A DNA stretch of 32,000 nucleotides from Pseudidiomarina andamanensis (GTDB lineage: Bacteria > Pseudomonadota > Gammaproteobacteria > Enterobacterales > Alteromonadaceae): assembly GCF_009734345.1 (NCBI RefSeq), contig NZ_CP032551.1:1230001-1262000 (forward strand). Direction: 5' to 3'. The position numbers were made by a program, and so were the translations under genes. Below the pieces are notes generated by a model that was not told the DNA's origin, ran no database searches, and was given only the letters and a program-made list of their open reading frames with translations. How positions within the stretch are numbered: position 1 is the stretch's first letter; every line of letters begins with the position of its first letter. Positions 18,070-26,846 of the stretch are shown piece after piece.

Positions 18070-19590
18070 TTAATATTTCGCTGCTTCATCCTTAGCAGGA
18101 ATAGTCGCTTTTATGAATTCGCGCAAGTCGTTGTTCGATAATCTCAAATCTTCAGCGCGTAAATACATCATGTGACCGCTGCGATAGCCTTTGAAGCCAA
18201 TACGGTCTGCCATGCGACCGCTTGGGTCGATGTGCCACATATTGTATTTCGCATCGAAATAGTTGGTCGCGCCGTCGTAGTAACCTGATTGAATCAGCAC
18301 ATTCAAGTATGGGTTCTGTGCCATGGCTTGTCGCAGGTTTTCACCAGTATTGTTATTGCTGCGATCCCACGGATGTACTGGGCCAAACATGTTGTATTTC
18401 ACGTCAGTTTTGTAGCCAAGCTCTTCGCGTAAATAGTAGTTGATTGCCGGAGTAAACGAGTGCAACCAAGAAGTCAGTTCTGAGTTGTAATCTGGGCGAG
18501 AGCCAACGTCATCACGGTCAATACCAAGATAACGTGAATCGAGACGACCAATCGTTTGGCCACGATCGCGCAGTAATTCTTTCCAGAAGAACGAGGTGCT
18601 GATATCAAGGTTTGAACGCAACACAGTTTGCTTATCTAAACCAGAATATTTCGCCACTTGCTCAGCAATTTGTTCTTTCTCAGCAGCCGGCAACATCGCG
18701 CCTTTCGCCAATGCAGGCAAGTAAACGTCAAGAGTGTACTTTTCAACTTCTGGCAATAACTCGAGCAAGTCTTTGCTTTGTAGATCAGAGCTCAGGGCAT
18801 CGTGATACCAAGCTGCCGCCGCAAAATACGGTAAACGGTTCGCTGCTTTCACCGGGCCATTTCGTTCAATACCGATATCGGTTGGTGATACCAGAATGAC
18901 ACCGTTCAGGTACATCCACTGACGGTTCTGTAGTTCAAGCGCTAAGCCTGAAACACGGGTGGTACCATAGCTTTCGCCAATCAGATACTTCGGCGAGCGC
19001 CAGCGTTCATGACGAGTTACAAAGGTATTGACCCAATCAGCTAAATATTTCACGTCGGCATTCACACCGAAGAACATTTTCTGCAATTCGTCACGTGAGT
19101 ATTCTGAGCCATCTTTCTTTGGCAACGGACGTGAATAGCCGGTGTTTACTGGGTTCACAAACACAATATCAGCCACGTCGAGCACTGAATGTGGGTTATC
19201 CTTCACGCCATACGGCATGATTGGGAAGCCTTCGTCATCAACGCGCAGTGATTTTGGCCCTGTGTATGCAATATGCATCCAAACCGATGCTGAACCTGGG
19301 CCGCCATTAAAAGAAATTAATAATGGACGCTCTGCACGATTTTTAACGTCTTGACGCTCATAGTAAGTAAAGAACAACGCCGCAGTCGCTTCGCCGTCTT
19401 CATTGAAAACAGGTTGCGTGCCAGTGGTTGCAGTGTATTTAAAACGCTGACCATTAATGGTGGTGCTATGCTCCGTCACAACCGTATCGTCAGCAGCAAT
19501 TTTGGCTTCTGGGAGTTCTGTTGCAGTTGCCGTAACAACCAAGCTTGACCCCATCATCACCGCTAAAATGAGATGTTTCATGCGCTTCAT
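18070..19590 (-). CDS. secreted serine carboxypeptidase, peptidase family S10
   Basis: Start moved to ATG 19590 (MKRMKHLILAVMMGSSLVVTATA signal peptide, GAGGAAG upstream). It carries the NGGPGSAS and GESYG catalytic-serine motifs. Confidence 0.8.
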   Translation of the reverse strand: MKRMKHLILAVMMGSSLVVTATATELPEAKIAADDTVVTEHSTTINGQRFKYTATTGTQPVFNEDGEATAALFFTYYERQDVKNRAERPLLISFNGGPGSASVWMHIAYTGPKSLRVDDEGFPIMPYGVKDNPHSVLDVADIVFVNPVNTGYSRPLPKKDGSEYSRDELQKMFFGVNADVKYLADWVNTFVTRHERWRSPKYLIGESYGTTRVSGLALELQNRQWMYLNGVILVSPTDIGIERNGPVKAANRLPYFAAAAWYHDALSSDLQSKDLLELLPEVEKYTLDVYLPALAKGAMLPAAEKEQIAEQVAKYSGLDKQTVLRSNLDISTSFFWKELLRDRGQTIGRLDSRYLGIDRDDVGSRPDYNSELTSWLHSFTPAINYYLREELGYKTDVKYNMFGPVHPWDRSNNNTGENLRQAMAQNPYLNVLIQSGYYDGATNYFDAKYNMWHIDPSGRMADRIGFKGYRSGHMMYLRAEDLRLSNNDLREFIKATIPAKDEAAKY

Positions 19591-19684
19591 GATTACTTCC
19601 TCTGGTTTTATTGTTGTTCCATTTAATGCAATCACTCACCAAAGCTCAAGGCGAGTGAGCTAAACGCACTTATTTTCAAGATAG

Positions 19685-20929
19685 TCATGAGCCCATGAAG
19701 ATTAAAAAGTACAAATACCCCATGGCAAACACAATTAAGTAGGTTAAACCTAACCAGCCGTACAGCCGCATCAGCGTAGACATCTTATTTTTACGTGCGA
19801 GTTTAAAGTTGAGCCACGCGAAAAATGGCGTGGTTAAAAAGGCGAGCGTCATGGCGAACGTTAACATTGGCCCTAACGCACTTTGAAAGTAAATAATCAC
19901 TAACATGCCAGCGAACGATTGGCCGATAACCCACCAAGTAAGACGCTCTGTTGTCGCCGGCGGTTTATTATCTTGCGCACGCCGCGCTAGTAGCGAACGG
20001 CATTCTTTGAGTGTTCGTGCGTAGCCATCGAGCACCGCAAGCGTGGTTCCGAACATACATAAAAATGCGATACCGCCAACCAAATACTCCGACCACGCCC
20101 CAATGGTATTGCCGTACATACTGACAAACTGCTGCGCAAATTGCGTGCCCGCTAATGCAATGGGTTGGTCACTGCCAAACTGAACTAGCGCGCCAAGGGC
20201 AAGGAACACCACCGCCAAAGCAGCCGTCACCCAGTAACCCAAATTAAAATCGAACAAGCCATGTTTCAGACTAATGCGCGTGAGCTTTTGCTTGCTCTGA
20301 AGCCACAATGAGTTGATTGCCGAAAGCTCGATGGGAACTGGCATCCAGCCCATCATCGCCACCAAGAACGCTAATGCAGAAAGCTGCCACGGTGACGGTG
20401 CCACAAAATCGTCAGGCAGCGGCTGCGCGTTACCCCACGCCATAATCACGGCGACAACAGTTGCCAGACTCAAACTCGCCATAATCCATTTCGAGAGATT
20501 ATCGAGCATGCGGTATTGACCACCGAGAATAACTAACAGGCATCCGAGCAAAATCAGCCAGCAAAGTGCTATCAGCGGCAGCTCAGGAATAAATAACTTT
20601 AATAGGCTGGCGGTCAGCAGTAACACACCGGCGGTATTGACCACCGCAGCGATGGCGTTCAACACGGTGAAAAGCCACAGATAAAGCTTGCCCTCGCCGT
20701 AATAGCCGGCAATTAAATTCTGCTTACTTTCGAGTGTGTAGGTAACGGCGAAGCGGAAAAACGGGTACTTCAACACGTTAACTAGCACGATCACCCACCA
20801 CAACTGCCAACCGAACAGAGCACCGGCTTGGGTAGATGCGACAAGATGTGACGCACCTACAGCCGCTGCAGCTAAAATGATTCCAGGGCCCAGTGCGTGG
20901 CGTCGTGATGATTCTGTGCGTTGTGTCAT
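19685..20929 (-). CDS. NRAMP-related divalent metal cation transporter
   Basis: A polytopic membrane protein with an N-terminal GPGIILAAAAVGASHLVASTQAGA segment typical of the NRAMP-like family. ATG 20929 is preferred over the upstream GTG at 20965, but neither has a strong Shine-Dalgarno sequence. Confidence 0.6.
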   Translation of the reverse strand: MTQRTESSRRHALGPGIILAAAAVGASHLVASTQAGALFGWQLWWVIVLVNVLKYPFFRFAVTYTLESKQNLIAGYYGEGKLYLWLFTVLNAIAAVVNTAGVLLLTASLLKLFIPELPLIALCWLILLGCLLVILGGQYRMLDNLSKWIMASLSLATVVAVIMAWGNAQPLPDDFVAPSPWQLSALAFLVAMMGWMPVPIELSAINSLWLQSKQKLTRISLKHGLFDFNLGYWVTAALAVVFLALGALVQFGSDQPIALAGTQFAQQFVSMYGNTIGAWSEYLVGGIAFLCMFGTTLAVLDGYARTLKECRSLLARRAQDNKPPATTERLTWWVIGQSFAGMLVIIYFQSALGPMLTFAMTLAFLTTPFFAWLNFKLARKNKMSTLMRLYGWLGLTYLIVFAMGYLYFLIFMGS

Positions 20930-21055
20930 CGATTTATTCTTATTGTTTGAAAAATGACGCCCCACAGCATAGCGCCAATTTCGCCCAAGCCAAAATTATG
21001 TTTATACTGCTGATGAAAGTCATTGCGGCATAAGTACTGCATAAGGGATGAGAAC

Positions 21056-22942
21056 ATGAGTAGCAATGAACGGCAGTTGATGGTTGATGGTCACCCCGCC
21101 AAATGGCAGCAGCTATTAAAGTCAGGCGACCGCATCTTCATCGGAACTCACGCTGGCGTTCCACACGCGCTGCTGCATGATCTAGCTGACCACAGCCAGC
21201 ACTTTCATGATATTGAAATTGTGCAGATTTACGCGCTGGGCGACAACCACTGGGTGAACCCTGAATACAACCAAACCTTCAAGGTCAACTCACTGTTTAT
21301 TGGCGGTGAGAAAGTTCGCAAAGCCGTTGCCGAAGGCCGCGCCGATTACACGCCTGCTTTCATGTCAGATATTCCGTCTCTGTTTAGCGAAGAAATTTTA
21401 CCTTTAGATGCCGCGTTAATTATGGTCAGCCCGCCCGATCAATATGGTTATCATTCACTCGGTGTTTCGGTCGATATAGTGTCGTCAGCGCTGCGGTCAG
21501 CCAAGAAAGTGATTGCACAGGTGAACCCCAAAATGCCGGTCACCTTCGGCCAAGCCTTCGTTCATAAAGGGCAAATTGACGCCTTTTTTGAAGCCGAGCA
21601 AGATTTACCGGAAATCACCGCGCCAGAACTTGACGCCGTGACTGAACGCATAGGCCAGTACGTGTCGTTGTTAGTGGAAGATGGCGCGACCATTCAAATT
21701 GGCTTTGGCAAAATTTGTGATGCCGTTTTGCGTTACTTAGGTAATCACAAAGATCTTGGCGTACACAGTGAGCTGATCACCGACGGCATTATGGAGCTGA
21801 TGCTGAGCGGTGTGATTAACAACCGCAAGAAAACCTATCACCAACACAAAGCCGTCACCAGCTTCTGCATTGGTAGCAAAAAACTCTACGACTTTGTGAA
21901 TAACAACCCACACATTGGCTTTTACCCGTCAGAGTATGTGAACTCGCCCGCTAACATTGCGCGCAACGAAAAAATGGTCTCGATTAACAGCGCCATTGAA
22001 GTGGATTTGACCGGCCAAGTGGTGTCAGACTCCATCGGCCATCACTTTTACAGCGGTATTGGCGGCCATGTGGATTTCAGCCGTGGCGCCAGCATGAGTC
22101 CCGGCGGTAAACCAGTGATTGCCCTGCCCTCAACCGCGAAAAACGGTACTGTGTCACGCATTGTGCCGTTTATAAGCGAAGGCAGCGGCGTGGCGACCTC
22201 GCGAGCGCATGTGTATTACGTGGTCACCGAATTCGGCGTAGCGTCGTTACGTGGTAAAAGCATTCGCGAACGCGCACTTGAATTAATTCGTGTGGCACAC
22301 CCGAAATTCCGCCAACAATTATTAGAAGAAGTTCGTAAACATTACTACGTGCCGCACTATCAAATTCTGCATTCGGTAGAAGTGCCGGAACTTGGCCCCG
22401 TTGGCTTCAAAGAAATTGTGATTAACGGTGAGTTTTTCGATTTGCGCCCGCTGAATCCCAGTGACGAGCGACGCCTGCAAGAATTCTTCTACTCGCACAC
22501 CAAAGAAACCCTGCAGATGCGCTACAACACCGTGCCAACCAGTATGAGTCGGGAGAAATCCTGTACCTTGGTGAGTGTGGACCAGTCGCGTGATTTAGCG
22601 CTGTGCATTGTGCGACAAAAAGGCTCGATGGCTCAGATTCAAGCCGTTGGTCGCTATTATCTGCTACACGACGAAAAAAGCTGTGAAGTTGCCTTTGTGA
22701 CGCGAGAAACTCAGCACGGTAAGGGCATGGCAACCCGCCTACTTGATGAAATGAAGCGCATTGCCCGAGAACGCCGACTTGAGCGCATGCTGGCTTATGT
22801 GCGCGCTGAGAATGGCAAAATGCTAGCGGTGTTTGAGCGCGCTGGTTTTGTGCGTAAGCCTTCTGAGGAACCGGGTGAGGTTTATTTGCAGCTTGATTTG
22901 CACCAGCCCACCGTGGTTCAAGAACCTAAAGACAGTGAGTGA
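21056..22942 (+). CDS. bifunctional acetyl-CoA hydrolase/transferase-family domain fused to a C-terminal GNAT N-acetyltransferase
   Basis: About 430 N-terminal residues look like an acetyl-CoA hydrolase/CoA-transferase. The C-terminal roughly 180 residues have a GNAT core (VAFVTRETQHGKGMATRLL). ATG 21056 is preferred over the TTG at 21023. Confidence 0.75.
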   Translation: MSSNERQLMVDGHPAKWQQLLKSGDRIFIGTHAGVPHALLHDLADHSQHFHDIEIVQIYALGDNHWVNPEYNQTFKVNSLFIGGEKVRKAVAEGRADYTPAFMSDIPSLFSEEILPLDAALIMVSPPDQYGYHSLGVSVDIVSSALRSAKKVIAQVNPKMPVTFGQAFVHKGQIDAFFEAEQDLPEITAPELDAVTERIGQYVSLLVEDGATIQIGFGKICDAVLRYLGNHKDLGVHSELITDGIMELMLSGVINNRKKTYHQHKAVTSFCIGSKKLYDFVNNNPHIGFYPSEYVNSPANIARNEKMVSINSAIEVDLTGQVVSDSIGHHFYSGIGGHVDFSRGASMSPGGKPVIALPSTAKNGTVSRIVPFISEGSGVATSRAHVYYVVTEFGVASLRGKSIRERALELIRVAHPKFRQQLLEEVRKHYYVPHYQILHSVEVPELGPVGFKEIVINGEFFDLRPLNPSDERRLQEFFYSHTKETLQMRYNTVPTSMSREKSCTLVSVDQSRDLALCIVRQKGSMAQIQAVGRYYLLHDEKSCEVAFVTRETQHGKGMATRLLDEMKRIARERRLERMLAYVRAENGKMLAVFERAGFVRKPSEEPGEVYLQLDLHQPTVVQEPKDSE

Positions 22943-22945
22943 TGT

Positions 22946-23869
22946 ATGTCGATAACCGTGTTTAGTCATCAATATTGCAGTTTGCACCGTGTGTCAGAGG
23001 TTCACCCTGAAGAGCCAGCGCGTATTGCGGCGATTAATGATCAGATTATTCGCTCGGGCATGGAGTTTGCGCTCACTCAGAAAGACGCCAAGCCGGCCAC
23101 ACGCGAAGACTTACTTCGCGTACACGCCGCGAACTACATTGATGACGTGTTTGAACGCGCACCAACCGAACCCGACCAACACATCTGGCTTGACCCTGAC
23201 ACCATGATGACCGCAGGCACCCTGCGCGCCGCCTTGTATGCCGCCGGTAGCGGTATCTGCGCCGTGGATGAAGTGTTTACTGCCGAGAACCGCCGAGCTT
23301 TTTGTGCCGTGCGTCCGCCAGGGCATCATGCCACTTGGGATGCAGCTATGGGCTTTTGTATTTTCAACAACATTGCGGTGGCGACCGCCTATGCCATGCA
23401 TACCTACGGCATTGAGCGCGTGGCTATTGTGGATTTTGATGTGCACCACGGCAACGGCACCGAAGACATCTTTCTAAACGACGAACGTGTGCTGTTTTGT
23501 AGCTCGTTTCAGCATCCGTTGTACCCGAATTCAGGTACCGAAACCATTAGCCATGAAGTCATTAACATCCCACTACCAGCCGGCTGTGATGGCCCCACCT
23601 GGCAAGCCGCTGTGCGCGAACGCTGGTTCCCTGCCATTGATGCCTTTGAACCGCAACTAATTATGGTTTCCGCGGGCTTTGACGGGCATTTAGAAGATGA
23701 CATGGCACAGTTTAAACTCACGGAAACTGACTATCACTGGATCGCTCGCGAGCTGAAAGAGCTGGCTGAACGCCATTGCGACGGTCGCATTGTAGCCACG
23801 CTTGAGGGTGGCTATGACCATAGCTCGCTGGGGCGCAGCGTGGTCGCATTTTTGAAGGGCATGCAGTGA
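22946..23869 (+). CDS. Zn-dependent histone-deacetylase-family (HDAC/AcuC/APAH-like) deacetylase
   Basis: RPPGHHA, DFDVHHGNGT, SAGFDGH and EGGY motifs. The start is 3 nt after the upstream stop. Confidence 0.88.
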   Translation: MSITVFSHQYCSLHRVSEVHPEEPARIAAINDQIIRSGMEFALTQKDAKPATREDLLRVHAANYIDDVFERAPTEPDQHIWLDPDTMMTAGTLRAALYAAGSGICAVDEVFTAENRRAFCAVRPPGHHATWDAAMGFCIFNNIAVATAYAMHTYGIERVAIVDFDVHHGNGTEDIFLNDERVLFCSSFQHPLYPNSGTETISHEVINIPLPAGCDGPTWQAAVRERWFPAIDAFEPQLIMVSAGFDGHLEDDMAQFKLTETDYHWIARELKELAERHCDGRIVATLEGGYDHSSLGRSVVAFLKGMQ

Positions 23870-23875
23870 CGTCAG

Positions 23876-25825
23876 CTACTTGGTCGCTTGACGCTGCTTG
23901 AGAAAGAACACGCTAAACACAATCAGCACAAGCAATTGCGCACCAAGACTCTCCCACGTGGCTGCCATACCGAGCCAGTCGATATTTGACGGAACCGGGA
24001 ATGGGGTTGCGTTTATCCAGCCGGCCTCTTGGAATGCGATCATTGCTTTACCGGCTAACACGAACGCAAGTATCAGCAGCAAGTACGTGGTGTAAGCAAA
24101 AAACTTGGCAATTGGCAGTTTCACGCTAAAGCGTAAGATACCCCACGTGATCATTGCCAATACCACGGCGGCTGCGATAAATCCGCCCCAAACGCTGGTG
24201 TGCTGCGCGCTTTGCGCTTGAGTCAGCAATGACTGATAGAACAGCACGGTTTCAAACACTTCGCGGTACACGGCAATAAAGCTCAACAGCGCAATACCCC
24301 ACAGCGTACCTGCCGCTAAATGAGCATTCAGATTTTGCTTGATGTATTGCTGCCAAGCCTGTGCATTGGTTTTGCTGTGCATCCAAATACCGACATACAC
24401 CAATACCACTGCGGCAAGACCCGCAGCCACACCTTCCATAATCTCGCGACTCGCACCACTAATCGAAATCAGCGACTGCGCCGCCCACCACGTCAAACCG
24501 CCGAGCACAAGCGCAGCAAGCCAGCCCGAATGAACATATTTCACGGCATCGTTTCGTTCAGTGCGACGTAGCACGGTAATCAGCGCCAGCACCACCAACA
24601 GCGCTTCCAAACCTTCACGTAGCAAAATCACAAAACTTGCTGTGGCTAATGCCGTATTTGAAAGCTGTTGCTCATTCATGGTGTCTTGAGCACGTTCCAG
24701 AGCCGCTAAGATGTCACTAATCGCGGCGCTCACTTGTGCTTGCTGATCAGGCGTTGCGATAATGCGGCGCAAGTTCATCATTTGCGCTTCAATGGCTTTG
24801 GTTTGAGCTGCATCGTAGGCACTCAAACCATTCTCTATTAACTCAAAGCCATCTAAGTAAGCACTGACTGCGAGGTGGTTCGCACGCTTTAAGTCACCTG
24901 CTTTGTAGGCTTCTTCCGCCGCTTGTAAGCGCGCTTTTGCCACCGCGAATGGTGATATTTCAGCTTGAAAAAGTTGCTGTGGGTTCGCCCGTAAAATATT
25001 GACCAAATTCGCTTGAGAACTCGGTAGCTCAGCGCGTAATTGGGCTGGGCTCGTATTCACCATTTGCTGTAAATCAATCACATCCATGCTTGCCTGTCGC
25101 GCAACCTCAGTGCCATGTTGAAACGCGAGAGAGCCCACATAAAATGCCAGCGACCAACGCTGCTGCTCGGTCAGGTTGGTAAACGCCATCATGGCGGTGT
25201 CGTCAATGCCCTTCGTAATGGCATCGTATAGACCAAGCAACGAGCGATTTTCAGCGCGCTCTAAATCAGTAAAGTTAGTTGGGGCAGGTTCTAGGTTTTG
25301 CCCTGCTGGACCATCACCCTGACCTTGCTGACCATGACATGCACTACATTGCGCTTGATATATTTCTTTAGTTTGTGCGGTTGGCAACAATACTTCGGGG
25401 AGTTCGACTTTCGGTAATTGCTGCAAGATTTGTGCGCGCAATTGTGAGGTTGCACCGCGCACTTCAGCCAAATTCGCTTTACTCATGATTAATTCGCGTA
25501 GCTGTTGCGCCGGCTGGATTAACGTTTGTAGTGCTGGATTGTCAGTTGCTAGCGTGTTGATATTGCGCAGAATAATTGCCGAAAACTCTTCCATTTCGGC
25601 ATATTCGCCAGCGTTAACCACCTCACCGTTGGCGACCGCCTCGCTGTAATCCACCCCAATGTATTCCACCAACTGCGCAATTTGGCGCATGTATTCTTGT
25701 TGGAGTTCTGGTTGATTGGCTGTTTGATTCGCTAGGGACTGGGCTTGCGTCTGCGGGCTCAATACTGCCAACGTGGCAAAAACAACAACCGCCAACGCGG
25801 CACGAGTAATGGCTTGAAGCGTCAT
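23876..25825 (-). CDS. cytochrome c domain fused to an FTR1-family high-affinity iron permease
   Basis: Signal peptide, a CSACHG heme-c motif, then a polytopic C-terminal half with two RExxE motifs (REGLEAL, REVFETV). Confidence 0.85.
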   Translation of the reverse strand: MTLQAITRAALAVVVFATLAVLSPQTQAQSLANQTANQPELQQEYMRQIAQLVEYIGVDYSEAVANGEVVNAGEYAEMEEFSAIILRNINTLATDNPALQTLIQPAQQLRELIMSKANLAEVRGATSQLRAQILQQLPKVELPEVLLPTAQTKEIYQAQCSACHGQQGQGDGPAGQNLEPAPTNFTDLERAENRSLLGLYDAITKGIDDTAMMAFTNLTEQQRWSLAFYVGSLAFQHGTEVARQASMDVIDLQQMVNTSPAQLRAELPSSQANLVNILRANPQQLFQAEISPFAVAKARLQAAEEAYKAGDLKRANHLAVSAYLDGFELIENGLSAYDAAQTKAIEAQMMNLRRIIATPDQQAQVSAAISDILAALERAQDTMNEQQLSNTALATASFVILLREGLEALLVVLALITVLRRTERNDAVKYVHSGWLAALVLGGLTWWAAQSLISISGASREIMEGVAAGLAAVVLVYVGIWMHSKTNAQAWQQYIKQNLNAHLAAGTLWGIALLSFIAVYREVFETVLFYQSLLTQAQSAQHTSVWGGFIAAAVVLAMITWGILRFSVKLPIAKFFAYTTYLLLILAFVLAGKAMIAFQEAGWINATPFPVPSNIDWLGMAATWESLGAQLLVLIVFSVFFLKQRQATK

Positions 25826-25897
25826 GAGATTCGCTCGTCAATTTGAGAAAATTAGAAAGATAGAAACAAAGTGCATTTTATGATGAGCGATGTTACT

Positions 25898-25926
25898 ACT
25901 AATGCGAATGATTCGCAATAATGATG
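25898..25926. promoter_or_regulatory. Fur-box-like palindrome upstream of the FTR1 gene
   Basis: ACTAATGCGAATGATTCGCAATAATGAT contains the near-palindrome GCGAATGATTCGC. By eye it matches about 12 of 19 positions of GATAATGATAATCATTATC. It lies 73-100 nt upstream of the ATG at 25825. Confidence 0.35.
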
Positions 25927-25944
25927 GTGGGTATTTTTAGCCTA

Positions 25945-26013
25945 TTCCTACATGCGATTTAAAGACCACGCTGCCATCGTTTTGGGTAAATACCTTTAAA
26001 TATGATGTTAATA
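25945..26013 (-). repeat. candidate terminal attC site (69 nt) with a degenerate R' box
   Basis: Geometry is 7-5-8...8-5-7. The plus strand reads TTCCTAC ATGCG ATTTAAAG ... CTTTAAAT ATGAT GTTAATA. The L-box pairing is a perfect 8 bp, but R' reads GTA rather than GTT on the cassette strand. Confidence 0.3.
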
Positions 26014-26135
26014 AGTTCCTTCTTATTGAGGTGCCCTTTTCTGAACTTAATGCCAAAGAAAATGAAAGAAGATAACGCACAAAACGCGTATAGCAATAAG
26101 CAAAGAACTAAAAAACACAGCACTTCCTGAATTTT

Positions 26136-26618
26136 TTATTTGCTATAAACCGTTTTCGGCTTACCTAATCCCGCCCACAATTCAGTCAGAACCGATTGCC
26201 AAACTACTTTTTCTTCTGAACCGACCGAGAGCATTTCTGTTTCAAACTGGTCGAGGTCTATAAACGTCGAACAGCCGCCTGTTGCGTGGAGTCCATCTTT
26301 AGATACGTGCGAAAACACGATAAATCTATTACCAATAGTTGGGGCTGTTGTACCACAAGAATTCTTTTCAGTATCTGTTTTAATATATACGAAGTCAGTT
26401 ACGGCTTTATCTTTCCATACTTCTATGACTTGCATTTTTGTTTTGTAAAATGAAGTATCCCAATCTCCCGGAATTATCTCTGTATCGATAGCGATACCCG
26501 TGAAAATTGCGTCATGCTCCTGGATTACTTCTTCGAAAGTCTTTGCTTCACTGAAACAAGAGCATCCGAATGCAGTTATTGGGGAAAGCATCAGAGTAAA
26601 TAACATAACCCTTAACAT
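26136..26618 (-). CDS. secreted TIMP/NTR-like (OB-fold) protein, candidate metalloprotease inhibitor
   Basis: ATG 26618 has AAGGAG 9 nt upstream. After the signal peptide MLRVMLFTLMLSPITAFG the mature N-terminus is CSC. There are exactly four Cys, placed as in the TIMP N-domain (C1, C3, ..NSCG.., ..GGCS..). FVYIKT...SCG...FIVF...DGLHATGGCSTF parallels TIMP-1 FVYTP..SVCG..FLIAG..DGLLHITTCSF. Confidence 0.6.
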   Translation of the reverse strand: MLRVMLFTLMLSPITAFGCSCFSEAKTFEEVIQEHDAIFTGIAIDTEIIPGDWDTSFYKTKMQVIEVWKDKAVTDFVYIKTDTEKNSCGTTAPTIGNRFIVFSHVSKDGLHATGGCSTFIDLDQFETEMLSVGSEEKVVWQSVLTELWAGLGKPKTVYSK

Positions 26619-26742
26619 GAACCAGACTCCTTCAAACGATGATGTCCAGTTACTTATATCAGCGGTCATACTTCCACACCATCAAAAAATTGCGTAGCTT
26701 CTGCCTCAAAGGTATTCATGTATTTTTTGATTTAGGCTGCAA

Positions 26743-26810
26743 CGTTAACGTTAAACCGAGTGCTGATGCGACCTTCGCGATGGTTGAAGAGTATGGTTAG
26801 TTGGTTAAAG
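26743..26810 (-). repeat. candidate attC site (68 nt)
   Basis: The plus strand reads CGTTAAC GTTA AACC ... ATGCGA cct TCGC[G]AT ... GGTT AGTTG GTTAAAG. R boxes are 6/7 complementary, the L pairing is 4 bp, and an inner 6-bp stem has a bulged G on the expected arm. Confidence 0.35.
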
Positions 26811-26846
26811 ATGATTACGGAAATTGGTGCAGGATAAAAACTTAAT

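Noticed and set aside
20930-21022. A Mn2+ (yybP-ykoY) riboswitch or MntR/Fur site upstream of the NRAMP-type transporter, and a TTCGCC-17-TATACT promoter for the GNAT operon.
   Set aside because: No conserved riboswitch core was recognised. The promoter has a poor -35 element and cannot be supported from sequence alone.
25959-26123. A 54-aa minus-strand ORF (VLCFLVLCLLLYAFCALSSFIFFG...) downstream of the TIMP-like gene, with one hydrophobic helix.
   Set aside because: It has only a GTG start with the AGGAA directly abutting it and no ATG. It also overlaps the candidate terminal attC. It is more likely non-coding, though a small membrane peptide cannot be fully excluded.
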